In this document: piece after piece, positions 56,384 through 64,000 of the stretch | Layout: every line of letters starts with the position of its first letter | How positions within the stretch are numbered: position 1 is the first letter of the stretch | Virus record (IMG/VR): IMGVR_UViG_3300007511_000003 | Coordinates: 64,001 to 128,000 of that record | DNA from: a virus | DNA length: 64,000 bases | Reading direction: 5' to 3' (one strand) | Position numbers and translations under genes: made by a program | Notes under the pieces: model-generated | Database searches by the model: none | Seen by the model: the letters and a program-made list of their open reading frames with translations, nothing else | What the model was told of the DNA's origin: nothing

Positions 56384-57355
56384 TTAAAAACCTAAGCCCC
56401 AACCGCGTATCTTCATGGAGCGATCAGTGCCCACCATATGGTTATATTGTGATTCTGGAATCAACCAAATATAGGAGAACCCTGTGCCCTCATGAGTGGC
56501 AGTGGTTTCTGAGGGCACGAATGAAAATCCAAGCCGTTCCGTCAATAAGTGCTGGATACGCTTCAGATAGTTTAATGGAGTAAGCCCACGCTTCTTTAGG
56601 TAACGTTGGTTAATCCCAACGACTGGTTGGCCCTTCAGGATCACGTAGGTTTCCATCACTCGAATATCAAAGCCTGCCTGTGCCAAGTCTTCTCGGTTAA
56701 TGAAGCCTTCAAACACAGGGGCTACCGGCAATTTCAGTACCTGAAATTTTTTCCTGCTCGTTTTTACGTTAGGCAAAAGGTCCTTAAAATGTTGTACCTC
56801 CGCCAACACACCTTTAGCTTGTTCCATGGTACGAGTGGCTTTTCGGTCGGACTCTGCTTGGTTGGGATCGTTCGTATCTACCACCACCGTCTCACGGGCC
56901 TTGGCTTGTTCCATGGCGGCATTAAGTCCATCATTCCATTCCATGGATCTAGAAAGCCCCTCCTTTAATTTAACAGGAGCAGAGCCTACTCGTTCATCCT
57001 CAAGAGCTACCGCGACCCTCAGTAAATCGTGCAACCGGGATCCGACCTGGGCTTTGACACTACGGAGGTCATCTACTTCCAAGTCACCCTCTTCCAAAGC
57101 CTCCAGCGCACTCTCCACAGCGTTGTGACAGTAATCAATGCCTTCCCGGATCTCCTTCAAAAACTGCGGCAGGCGTTTACTAGCACGGGAAGCTAAGGCT
57201 TCCCTGGCGGTTTTTAAAAATGTGACCAGCACTCCTAAGATATCTACACCTTCGGTCTCTGCCGTTTTACGGTTAAGACGACGGAGTTCCTTCTGGGCTT
57301 CCTGTAGGTGCAGGACCAGTGCCTCTTTCCGACTCTTGCTGATCCTCGTTGCCAT
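56384..57355 (-). CDS. hypothetical protein
   Basis: AGGAGG RBS; 323 aa. Confidence 0.65.
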   Translation of the reverse strand: MATRISKSRKEALVLHLQEAQKELRRLNRKTAETEGVDILGVLVTFLKTAREALASRASKRLPQFLKEIREGIDYCHNAVESALEALEEGDLEVDDLRSVKAQVGSRLHDLLRVAVALEDERVGSAPVKLKEGLSRSMEWNDGLNAAMEQAKARETVVVDTNDPNQAESDRKATRTMEQAKGVLAEVQHFKDLLPNVKTSRKKFQVLKLPVAPVFEGFINREDLAQAGFDIRVMETYVILKGQPVVGINQRYLKKRGLTPLNYLKRIQHLLTERLGFSFVPSETTATHEGTGFSYIWLIPESQYNHMVGTDRSMKIRGWGLGF

Positions 57356-57599
57356 GATTTTCCTCCTGATTGATTGTCGGGGTAGTACCCCTTGTTGGTT
57401 GGTGTTCTTGTGTTAATATCTCTTTACAGTCTGCCAAACAGTGGGAACAAATGCATACACGTTCTTCCTGTTTGGCGCCTTCTATGACCTGCATAGGGCC
57501 TAAAGCCACTTCCTTTGGAGGTCGTAACTCCATGCAAAAATGGCAACGAAAGGCACTCCATTTTAGTAACGACTTTTCTCCAGGAAGGATCTCTGTCAT
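57273..57599 (-). CDS. ClpX-type C4 Zn-finger protein
   Basis: CHFC...VCICSHCLADCKEIL. Confidence 0.55.
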   Translation of the reverse strand: MTEILPGEKSLLKWSAFRCHFCMELRPPKEVALGPMQVIEGAKQEERVCICSHCLADCKEILTQEHQPTRGTTPTINQEENHGNEDQQESERGTGPAPTGSPEGTPSS

Positions 57600-59065
57600 T
57601 ACACCGTCACCTTGGCAAACTCGCGAAGGTCCTCCACCATTTTTGGGCGTGGGTCTTTAAGGTGGTATCGCAGATCATCCCTCTGTTTATTCAAATTATT
57701 AATGCGGGCCTCAAGGTCCTCGATATTCCAGCGGTGTAACTGCAGGATCTTAAACCCCAATATCTGGTCAGCCTCTTCCAAGGTAATACCCTCGAGGTGC
57801 TTAACCAAGTAATTGGCAGGCTCCTCATCATCCAAGGACTTCAATACCGTGTCTTTATTCAGGGACGCCAGCAGACGTAGTTCCAAGTCCCGTATCTTTT
57901 TATCCAGCACTCGTATTAGGTACCGCAAGCTACGACGTTCCTGTTTGAGCCTCCAAGCCACCCAGTTTTTCAGTAACTTGGGGATCGAGGTCCTACGGAA
58001 CCGGGCCCTCATCTTCCCAGTACTGGCATCGAATGACCTACTGACAATGTTGACGCGGAAGTCTAGTTTGGAATCAAAGTAGGACACCACCTCTTGGGAT
58101 AACGTAACAAAGCGTGAAGCCGCGGTCTTCTTCAAGAATACCGTATACCTTGGACCCGTCTCTAGGGAAGTCTCATCGTCTACAGAGGCAACGTAGGACA
58201 GCTCTCGTACTTTGGCAACCACTTTTCCGATATTCAGATTGGGTGCGAATCCGGTAAACGTGAGGGAAAGCTGGTGTTGGTTTACGTGATGGGGCGAGCT
58301 GAACCACACCCCACCTGTGCCCTGTTCGTAGAAAGCCCTTAGGTCTGCCAGACCTTCTTTGTCCAGGATGGCTTCCCCACCATATTTATACCGGAATTTC
58401 AGATGTTTAACACACTCGGCAACACCCACTGGTTCATCGTCCAATAAACGTTGGACCAATGTGATGAGACCCTTGAGCTCATAACTTGGTATGTGGGCGG
58501 TACCGCCCATTGCGATCCCGAAAGTACCATTCACCAAGATATTGGGGACTAGGGAGGGCAGCACTACAGGCTCCACCGCCTTTCCATCATACGTGGGCAT
58601 CTCCTCAAGGGTAGGTACGTAGTCAGGGTGGAAGAGACCCTTGTCTGCATATTTGGTGAGGCGACCCTCTGTGTACCGCATAGCAGCGGGCCCGTCTGTT
58701 AGCGAACCCCAGTTACCTTTACCATCGATGAGGGGCGTACTGAGGTTTGCCATGGTGACAGCGGCCCCATAGATAGCACTGTCACCATGTGGGTGGAACT
58801 TACCCATTGTATCACCAACAATCCTGGCGGCTTTCAAAACCCCGGCGTTATGGGTAAGCCCTAACTTGTGCATCGCCCAAAGGATGCGACGTTGGACTGG
58901 CTTGAGTCCATCTCGGAAGTCGGCAATTGCCCGGTCCTCCAAGGTGTACTTTCCATAGTCCATCATCGCCCCTCGGGCGTACTCCAATAAACCTACCTCT
59001 GGAACATGGGCAACACTCGCAGGGGCTTGGAGCGCGGGGTTAACTTTTCGTGTTCGTCGGCTCAT
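57599..59065 (-). CDS. type IIA topoisomerase subunit A (GyrA/ParC-like, no CTD)
   Basis: DGLKPVQRR, HPHGD, AAMRYTE; 488 aa. Confidence 0.93.
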   Translation of the reverse strand: MSRRTRKVNPALQAPASVAHVPEVGLLEYARGAMMDYGKYTLEDRAIADFRDGLKPVQRRILWAMHKLGLTHNAGVLKAARIVGDTMGKFHPHGDSAIYGAAVTMANLSTPLIDGKGNWGSLTDGPAAMRYTEGRLTKYADKGLFHPDYVPTLEEMPTYDGKAVEPVVLPSLVPNILVNGTFGIAMGGTAHIPSYELKGLITLVQRLLDDEPVGVAECVKHLKFRYKYGGEAILDKEGLADLRAFYEQGTGGVWFSSPHHVNQHQLSLTFTGFAPNLNIGKVVAKVRELSYVASVDDETSLETGPRYTVFLKKTAASRFVTLSQEVVSYFDSKLDFRVNIVSRSFDASTGKMRARFRRTSIPKLLKNWVAWRLKQERRSLRYLIRVLDKKIRDLELRLLASLNKDTVLKSLDDEEPANYLVKHLEGITLEEADQILGFKILQLHRWNIEDLEARINNLNKQRDDLRYHLKDPRPKMVEDLREFAKVTV

Positions 59066-59114
59066 ATGTTATTTCCTTGGACCTTTCTACGTTGGACCAT
59101 TGTTTACCCCTATA

Positions 59115-59143
59115 AGTATAGCATCGGGCGAGCCCAATGTCAA
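59115..59143 (-). promoter_or_regulatory. sigma70-type promoter
   Basis: TTGACA-17 nt-TATACT upstream of topo subunit A. Confidence 0.8.
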
Positions 59144-59160
59144 GCGAGTGTTTTTGACCA

Positions 59161-59568
59161 CTATTGACAGATTGGCACCACGTTTGTCATGTTGTTTCCA
59201 CTACCTTCTGGGAGCGCAGAGGTTCCAGCAGGGATGATGCCGGTCATTGCCTGGATGTACTTGTCCTGGATATCCTTCTTGGGGAAGTAGGGCATGGTTT
59301 CCACCTGACTGAAGTGGAACCGCATGTCAGAGGTCGGCAACTTCATCTGGTTGGTGGGTTCCTGCATGTAGTATGAGATGGGTACGAATCCAATCTGGGC
59401 GACCTTGACGGGCTTTCCCGTGGCGGGATCCGTTTGATTCTGGATCGCCAGTTGCAACAGGACGGCATTGTCCAAGTAGATCATTTGCTGCTCTTGGTCA
59501 ATACGACACTGGCCCAGATACTCGCGGTTTGGTGACCGCATGACAACCATGATGGTACTTCTGTCCAT
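59161..59568 (-). CDS. hypothetical protein
   Basis: AAGGAG RBS. Confidence 0.6.
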   Translation of the reverse strand: MDRSTIMVVMRSPNREYLGQCRIDQEQQMIYLDNAVLLQLAIQNQTDPATGKPVKVAQIGFVPISYYMQEPTNQMKLPTSDMRFHFSQVETMPYFPKKDIQDKYIQAMTGIIPAGTSALPEGSGNNMTNVVPICQ

Positions 59569-59579
59569 TGTTCTGCTCC

Positions 59580-60281
59580 TTAACAAACATCAAAGTGGTT
59601 GAGGCGTTCCAGTAGGGGATCGGATAACCCAGCATCCGCAAAACCCTTGGCACGCAATAAGCAACTACGGCACTTGGTACATGGGGATTTACCCCCTTCA
59701 TAGCAAGTGGTGGTGAAGGCCAATAATTCCATACCACGCGGCAACGACTGAGCAAACTCTACCACCCCTTGCTTACCCCACTGCATTAGAGGAGTAAGTA
59801 CCTGGAAGTGGTAGTCCATTCCTTTCGTCAGAGCCTCGGCCATGGCATCCGCAAAGTCACGGCGAGCGTCTGGGTACCCGCCCAACCCCTGTTCAGATAT
59901 GCCAAACACCAGGTTAGGGCAATCCAAAGCATAGGCCCTGTTCGCGAGCAAAATGGAAAACAGGATGTTACGCCCTGGAACGAACGTAAGGTCCTTGCCA
60001 CCATCTGGGATCTCCGACGCGTCTTCGTATCGTTTGACTTCGTTCGCGCTGTTTACCAGTGGACTGGTGGACCGCAAGAGCTCATTCGGGACACTGATAA
60101 TATCCTGACGTATGCCAAGTTGGCGGCATATGGTCTGGGAAGCAAGCCGTTCCGCTTCCCATGTTTTGTGTCCATAGTTGAAGGTGATAGCGCGAACCTC
60201 GTCAAACTCTTGCTGGGCCCAAATCAGGGCAAGAGTCGAGTCGAGGCCTCCGGATAAACTGACAAGGGCTTTCGTTGTCAT
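59580..60281 (-). CDS. queC: 7-cyano-7-deazaguanine synthase
   Basis: SGGLDS, FVPGRN, YPD, TCY...CTKCRSC..R. Confidence 0.95.
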   Translation of the reverse strand: MTTKALVSLSGGLDSTLALIWAQQEFDEVRAITFNYGHKTWEAERLASQTICRQLGIRQDIISVPNELLRSTSPLVNSANEVKRYEDASEIPDGGKDLTFVPGRNILFSILLANRAYALDCPNLVFGISEQGLGGYPDARRDFADAMAEALTKGMDYHFQVLTPLMQWGKQGVVEFAQSLPRGMELLAFTTTCYEGGKSPCTKCRSCLLRAKGFADAGLSDPLLERLNHFDVC

Positions 60282-60335
60282 GGTAGGTTCCTTTCAATAA
60301 AATTATGGCTACCCTTTATTTACATTATACAAATC

Positions 60336-60370
60336 AAAAGGGCCAACGTCGTGTTTAACGTTGGCCCTTT
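60336..60370 (-). terminator. Rho-independent terminator (possibly bidirectional)
   Basis: AAAGGGCCAACGT...ACGTTGGCCCTTT. Confidence 0.8.
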
Positions 60371-60406
60371 GTTGGAAATCCTATTGGGTTGTCAGGTTCC
60401 GAGGTG

Positions 60407-60664
60407 TTAACTGTCGTCACTTTCTGATCGGTCCATCATCTCTGTCAACAGGTCTTCAAAGTCATCACCCCCTGTAACCTGTTCTCCTCCGTCATTATCC
60501 CAGACCAGAAACGACACGCCAGCGTCATGGTCCTCGGGAAGTGGGTATAGGTTGACCCTGAAACTCCCGCCTGTTCCCTCAACTACCAATACATCCCTGT
60601 GGCCTGTGGGAGTTTCCTGGTTTCTGATTGCGTAAATAGCCATCTTGTCCTCCTTGGCTTCCAC
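60407..60664 (-). CDS. acidic hypothetical protein
   Basis: AAGGAGG RBS before MAIY. Confidence 0.55.
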   Translation of the reverse strand: MEAKEDKMAIYAIRNQETPTGHRDVLVVEGTGGSFRVNLYPLPEDHDAGVSFLVWDNDGGEQVTGGDDFEDLLTEMMDRSESDDS

Positions 60665-60697
60665 CCTTGCTGGTCCTCATAGGGCCTCCTGCAGGTC

Positions 60698-60919
60698 CTA
60701 CATGTTTTCGGGTATATTTGGGTTACCCGGATCCCCTGTCCGATTGCGGGCGGGCTTCTCTTCGGTAGCACCTTGTAAACGTTGGTCCAACCACTCGATC
60801 TTTGCATCCAAGGAATTCGGGGACATTGCGTCATGAAAAAGTTTGGATAATGTTCCTCCGAAAACCCGAAGGGGTGTGGGTTGGAGTCCTTCATATACGA
60901 TCCTCATTTTGACCTCCAC
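60698..60919 (-). CDS. hypothetical protein containing GATEEKPAR copy
   Basis: GGAGG RBS before MRIV. Confidence 0.45.
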   Translation of the reverse strand: MEVKMRIVYEGLQPTPLRVFGGTLSKLFHDAMSPNSLDAKIEWLDQRLQGATEEKPARNRTGDPGNPNIPENM

Positions 60920-60979
60920 ATTTTACCTTGGAGGGGTTGGGATCAAACTTATTTCCCAACCCCTCGAGGGGCCACCATG

Positions 60980-61570
60980 TTACTTGGAGGCTTTGAAAGC
61001 GAGGCCGTGAGAGGCCAAAGCATCCTTGACAGCCCTAACCGACCGGCGACCCAAGCCTGAGATATCGCTCATCTCGGCATGGGTTTTGGCCTTGAGCTGG
61101 GAAACGGTCTTGATTCCAGACTTGGCCAGTGTCTCAACCACACGATCAGTCACACCCAGGTCTGCCACGTTCCGCGGGGCCTTGTCACCGGAAGCCTTGG
61201 TTTGGGTTCCCCGACGGGACTTGCGGGCGGGCTTCTCTTCGGTAGCACCTTCGGTGGCCTTGGCTTTCCGGCTCCGACGGCTGGACTTTTTGGTCGCCTC
61301 TTCCTTGGGTTGGCTGTCATCAGCGGTCTCCGCCTTGGCTTTCCGACGGGACTTGCGGGCGGGCTTCTCTTCGGTAGCACCTTCGGTGGCCTTGGCAGTG
61401 GGCTTGCGGACGCGAGTCTTTTTGCCTTCGGTCTGACGCTTTTTGAGCTCCTGCTCCCACTGCTCCGCGAAATCGAAAGCCTTGGCAGCAACGTTCTCAG
61501 TTTCACCAGACTCGATCAAAGCGGCCATGGCGAGGATGGAAACCTGGGTTTTGTTAGACTGACTGTTCAT
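60980..61570 (-). CDS. protein with Lys/Arg-rich linker and RNA polymerase alpha-CTD-like domain
   Basis: DLGVTDRVVETLAKSGIKTVSQL...ISGLGRRSV..VKDAL. Confidence 0.75.
   Translation of the reverse strand: MNSQSNKTQVSILAMAALIESGETENVAAKAFDFAEQWEQELKKRQTEGKKTRVRKPTAKATEGATEEKPARKSRRKAKAETADDSQPKEEATKKSSRRSRKAKATEGATEEKPARKSRRGTQTKASGDKAPRNVADLGVTDRVVETLAKSGIKTVSQLKAKTHAEMSDISGLGRRSVRAVKDALASHGLAFKASK
61211..61396. repeat. 54-bp direct repeat (61211-61264, 61343-61396); 31-bp copy at 60744-60774
   Basis: Identical sequence encoding AKATEGATEEKPARKSR. Confidence 0.9.
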
Positions 61571-61752
61571 CGTTTTGTTCTCCTATGAAATGGTTGCGGG
61601 CAAAAACACGCCCTCTTTTTGGTCCTGCTCCTTGCTACCTGCTTCTCGTCATTCCTAACCTTCGCCTACATTGCAGCCTACCGGCCTCCTGGAGGCAAAT
61701 AAAAAAATGCGCGTGGTGGTGGATTTTTCGTATCTGGCTGGAAGGAGTACCT

Positions 61753-62154
61753 TTATCTTACCTTTAGCTTATGACGAATCCCCTTGTCATTTAACTTATC
61801 GATGATCCTCTGACGAGCGTGCTTACCCAGTCCTGTGATGGCTACGAAGTCCTCTTGGGAAAGCTTTGCCACCAGTGACCTGTCCAAACCAGCTTTCCGC
61901 AAGGCGTTGTCGATGCGAGTCCCAAGAGCATCACGCTTTTTCTTCGACTCTACTTTCTTGGGTTCAGCTTTGGGTTCTGTGGTCGATCGCCGGGAGGCGT
62001 TGGTCGGTTGGGTAGTGGTACTTCTCTCCACCCCTAGAAAAGCGTCTGCATATTTAAAAGCCTCTTGAGCCGCCTCTGTGTGGTGTTGGTGGCGACCCAC
62101 CTGTATGATGGCATTCAATGCTGCCAACGCTATATCTGATCTACGTTTATCCAT
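61753..62154 (-). CDS. paralog of 60980-61570 with alpha-CTD-like domain
   Basis: Shared AA..AF..A N-domain; LGTRIDNALRKAG...ITGLGK. Confidence 0.7.
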   Translation of the reverse strand: MDKRRSDIALAALNAIIQVGRHQHHTEAAQEAFKYADAFLGVERSTTTQPTNASRRSTTEPKAEPKKVESKKKRDALGTRIDNALRKAGLDRSLVAKLSQEDFVAITGLGKHARQRIIDKLNDKGIRHKLKVR

Positions 62155-62231
62155 TAGGTTCTCCTTGACAAAACAAGCAGGGGTATGAATCTTGCTTTTT
62201 ATTTACAGCCCTAGCCCGATTCCAGAACAAG

Positions 62232-62260
62232 AAAAAGCCCTGTGAGGGCACACAGGGCTT
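62232..62260 (-). terminator. Rho-independent terminator
   Basis: AAGCCCTGTG...CACAGGGCTTTTT. Confidence 0.8.
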
Positions 62261-62279
62261 CGATTATTGGGAAGCGAGT

Positions 62280-64000
62280 TCAGATACCCAACAGTTCTCG
62301 GCGGTACGCTGGGTTGTCGGCCATCAAGAGGCGGAACTCAGCCATCTGTTTTTTGGAAGGAGCCCCAATCCTAACCATGCGTCGGGTTGATGGATCGAAA
62401 GCTAGAGGACGCAGGTCCTCTGGATCTATCTCTCCCCACCCTTTCAGGTAGGTTACTTGCTTCGGATCCATCTTTGGGCATTGCTTCCGAATCTCGTCTA
62501 CGGTATCCCCGAAATATTTTTTGCTCCTGTGGGTTCCTGCATACCTTGGACCCTGTATGGCGTAAATGAGCCCCCTGTCAAACATCCCTGGTAGGTACTG
62601 TGCAATGAGAGCAAGGATGAGGGTGTTAATATGTCCACCATCGTAGTCGGAGTCTGACAAGAGTATTAAGCGTCCAATACGAAGGTTACCAAGAGGGTCG
62701 GTGTGTCGAGGGTTGAAGCCTAGGACTTTGAGGATGTTCATCACCTCGTCGGATGTGAAGGCCCGGCCCTCCTTGGCCTTCATCACGTTCAAGATCTTAC
62801 CCTTTAGCGGGAGCACGCCTTGGAATTTACGGTGTCTGGCTTGTCGAGCGGATCCCCCGGCTGAGTCCCCTTCCACCAGATAACATTCCCGTTTATGTGC
62901 AGGGCACCCACGGGCAGCGTCAGTATACTTGGACGGGAGAACCGACCCACCTACCTTGGCATTCAGTTTCCTTAACGCCTGTTTATTAAGGGTGAACTCC
63001 TCACGAGCGGCCCGAATGTCTGCCGCTCGCTTACACCAAGCCCGCGCCAGTTTCTTGTTCTTGGTAAAGAACGCTGATAAAACCCCGGCCAGCACATCTT
63101 CAACAGGTTTCTTGGCTCTTGGATCCACCAGCTTCTCTTTTGTCTGCGAAGAGAATTGAGGTTCATCAAGTTTGGCATTCACCAACCCAATGATGCCATC
63201 CCGAAGATCCGGCCCCATGAAAGAATTGCGGCCCTTATATGGCATGAGGGCCTTTGTCAACGCCGCCCAGAGGGCTGTGACCTGGACACCCCCATCAGCG
63301 TTGAGGCTACTGTTGGTGTATGCTTCTACCTTCTCTCCATCATTATTGGTAAAAGAAAGCGCTACGTCAACGTTGGTGTCACGAACGACAAAATGTGGTC
63401 CCTGACTTTGGACCTTCAGTTTTTCGGCCCGAGCGAACAGATAATCTTCAAGGCCCCTCTTAAACCACCAGCTCTTCTTTGTGCCATTGAACGCCAGTTG
63501 GATGCGGAGTCCTTCATTGAGGTAGGCAGTAATCTCGGCCCACTCTTCAATCGGGGTTTTTGACAGCTTAGCCCGCTTATCAAAAATGGTAGGATCGTGC
63601 TCAAAACAGATAACCGTACCAGACTTTGGGCGTGGTACTCTGAAGGGTAGCCTGGGTGGTCCTCCACACGTTCCTACGGCATCCTGTTCCTCTCCTTGGG
63701 CAAAGGTAGTGGTCCACCATTTATGGTTCCTGAAGGTCCATACCTGCATGTACTGAGTAAGGGCGTTCACGACTGTCAAACCAACACCGTGAGTGCCCCT
63801 AGCATTTTTGTAGGCCTTGGCGTCAAACTTCCCTCCGGCATGAAGCTTGGTCAGGATCGTGGTCAGGGTGGAGGTTCCTGTCGAGCGATTTTTCTGGACT
63901 GGGATGCCTGCCCCGTTGTCAATCACCCAGACTCTCTTTTTGTCCACCAATATCATAATGCGATCGTTACGGCCGGCGGCTGCTTCATCCACCGAATTAT
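62280..64000 (-). CDS. type IIA topoisomerase subunit B (GyrB/ParE-like; 5' end beyond window)
   Basis: DNGAGIP, HAGGKF, GTHGVG, EGDSAGG, PLKGKILN, DSDYDG, KGWGE. Confidence 0.93.
   Translation of the reverse strand, partial: NSVDEAAAGRNDRIMILVDKKRVWVIDNGAGIPVQKNRSTGTSTLTTILTKLHAGGKFDAKAYKNARGTHGVGLTVVNALTQYMQVWTFRNHKWWTTTFAQGEEQDAVGTCGGPPRLPFRVPRPKSGTVICFEHDPTIFDKRAKLSKTPIEEWAEITAYLNEGLRIQLAFNGTKKSWWFKRGLEDYLFARAEKLKVQSQGPHFVVRDTNVDVALSFTNNDGEKVEAYTNSSLNADGGVQVTALWAALTKALMPYKGRNSFMGPDLRDGIIGLVNAKLDEPQFSSQTKEKLVDPRAKKPVEDVLAGVLSAFFTKNKKLARAWCKRAADIRAAREEFTLNKQALRKLNAKVGGSVLPSKYTDAARGCPAHKRECYLVEGDSAGGSARQARHRKFQGVLPLKGKILNVMKAKEGRAFTSDEVMNILKVLGFNPRHTDPLGNLRIGRLILLSDSDYDGGHINTLILALIAQYLPGMFDRGLIYAIQGPRYAGTHRSKKYFGDTVDEIRKQCPKMDPKQVTYLKGWGEIDPEDLRPLAFDPSTRRMVRIGAPSKKQMAEFRLLMADNPAYRRELLGI

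Noticed and set aside
60850-60900. tRNA on + strand suggested by a T-arm-like GTGGG-TTGGAGT-CCTTC
   Set aside because: No acceptor or D arm; lies within a plausible minus-strand ORF
1-64000. Stop-codon reassignment
   Set aside because: Genes are densely packed and intact in code 11 with ATGA/TAATG overlaps; no suppressor tRNA seen; only one suspicious TGA
1-64000. CRISPR array
   Set aside because: No regularly spaced repeat-spacer series seen; the 60.7-61.4 kb repeats are coding

Overview
64 kb segment of a large (jumbo-type) tailed dsDNA phage genome, mostly encoded on the minus strand in the standard genetic code. It carries head and packaging genes (prohead-protease-like, intein-containing portal, TerL), a replication/repair block (DnaB, SF2 helicase, family-4 UDG, beta-clamp-like, family A DNA polymerase, Tmk, NAD+ ligase, RuvC, topoisomerase IB, both type IIA subunits), part of a 7-deazaguanine pathway (folE, queE, queC), a 1801-aa SNF2 protein, a block of probable internal-head proteins sharing N-terminal leaders, and a tRNA/ncRNA island at about 52.4-55.3 kb. 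Main findings: (1) a ~260-nt RNA that reproduces the 23S rRNA uL11-binding GTPase-associated centre (H43/H44), with a compensated closing helix and a ~195-nt structured insert, next to other non-canonical RNAs; (2) two replication genes fractured by related free-standing PD-(D/E)xK nucleases, the polymerase rejoined by a split intein and the ligase with no visible splicing element; (3) shared N-terminal leaders, also on the ligase and topoisomerase IB, suggesting capsid loading; (4) a repeated TGTAAATA phage promoter motif. All calls are by-eye motif recognition. No database searches were run, so novelty is unverified.
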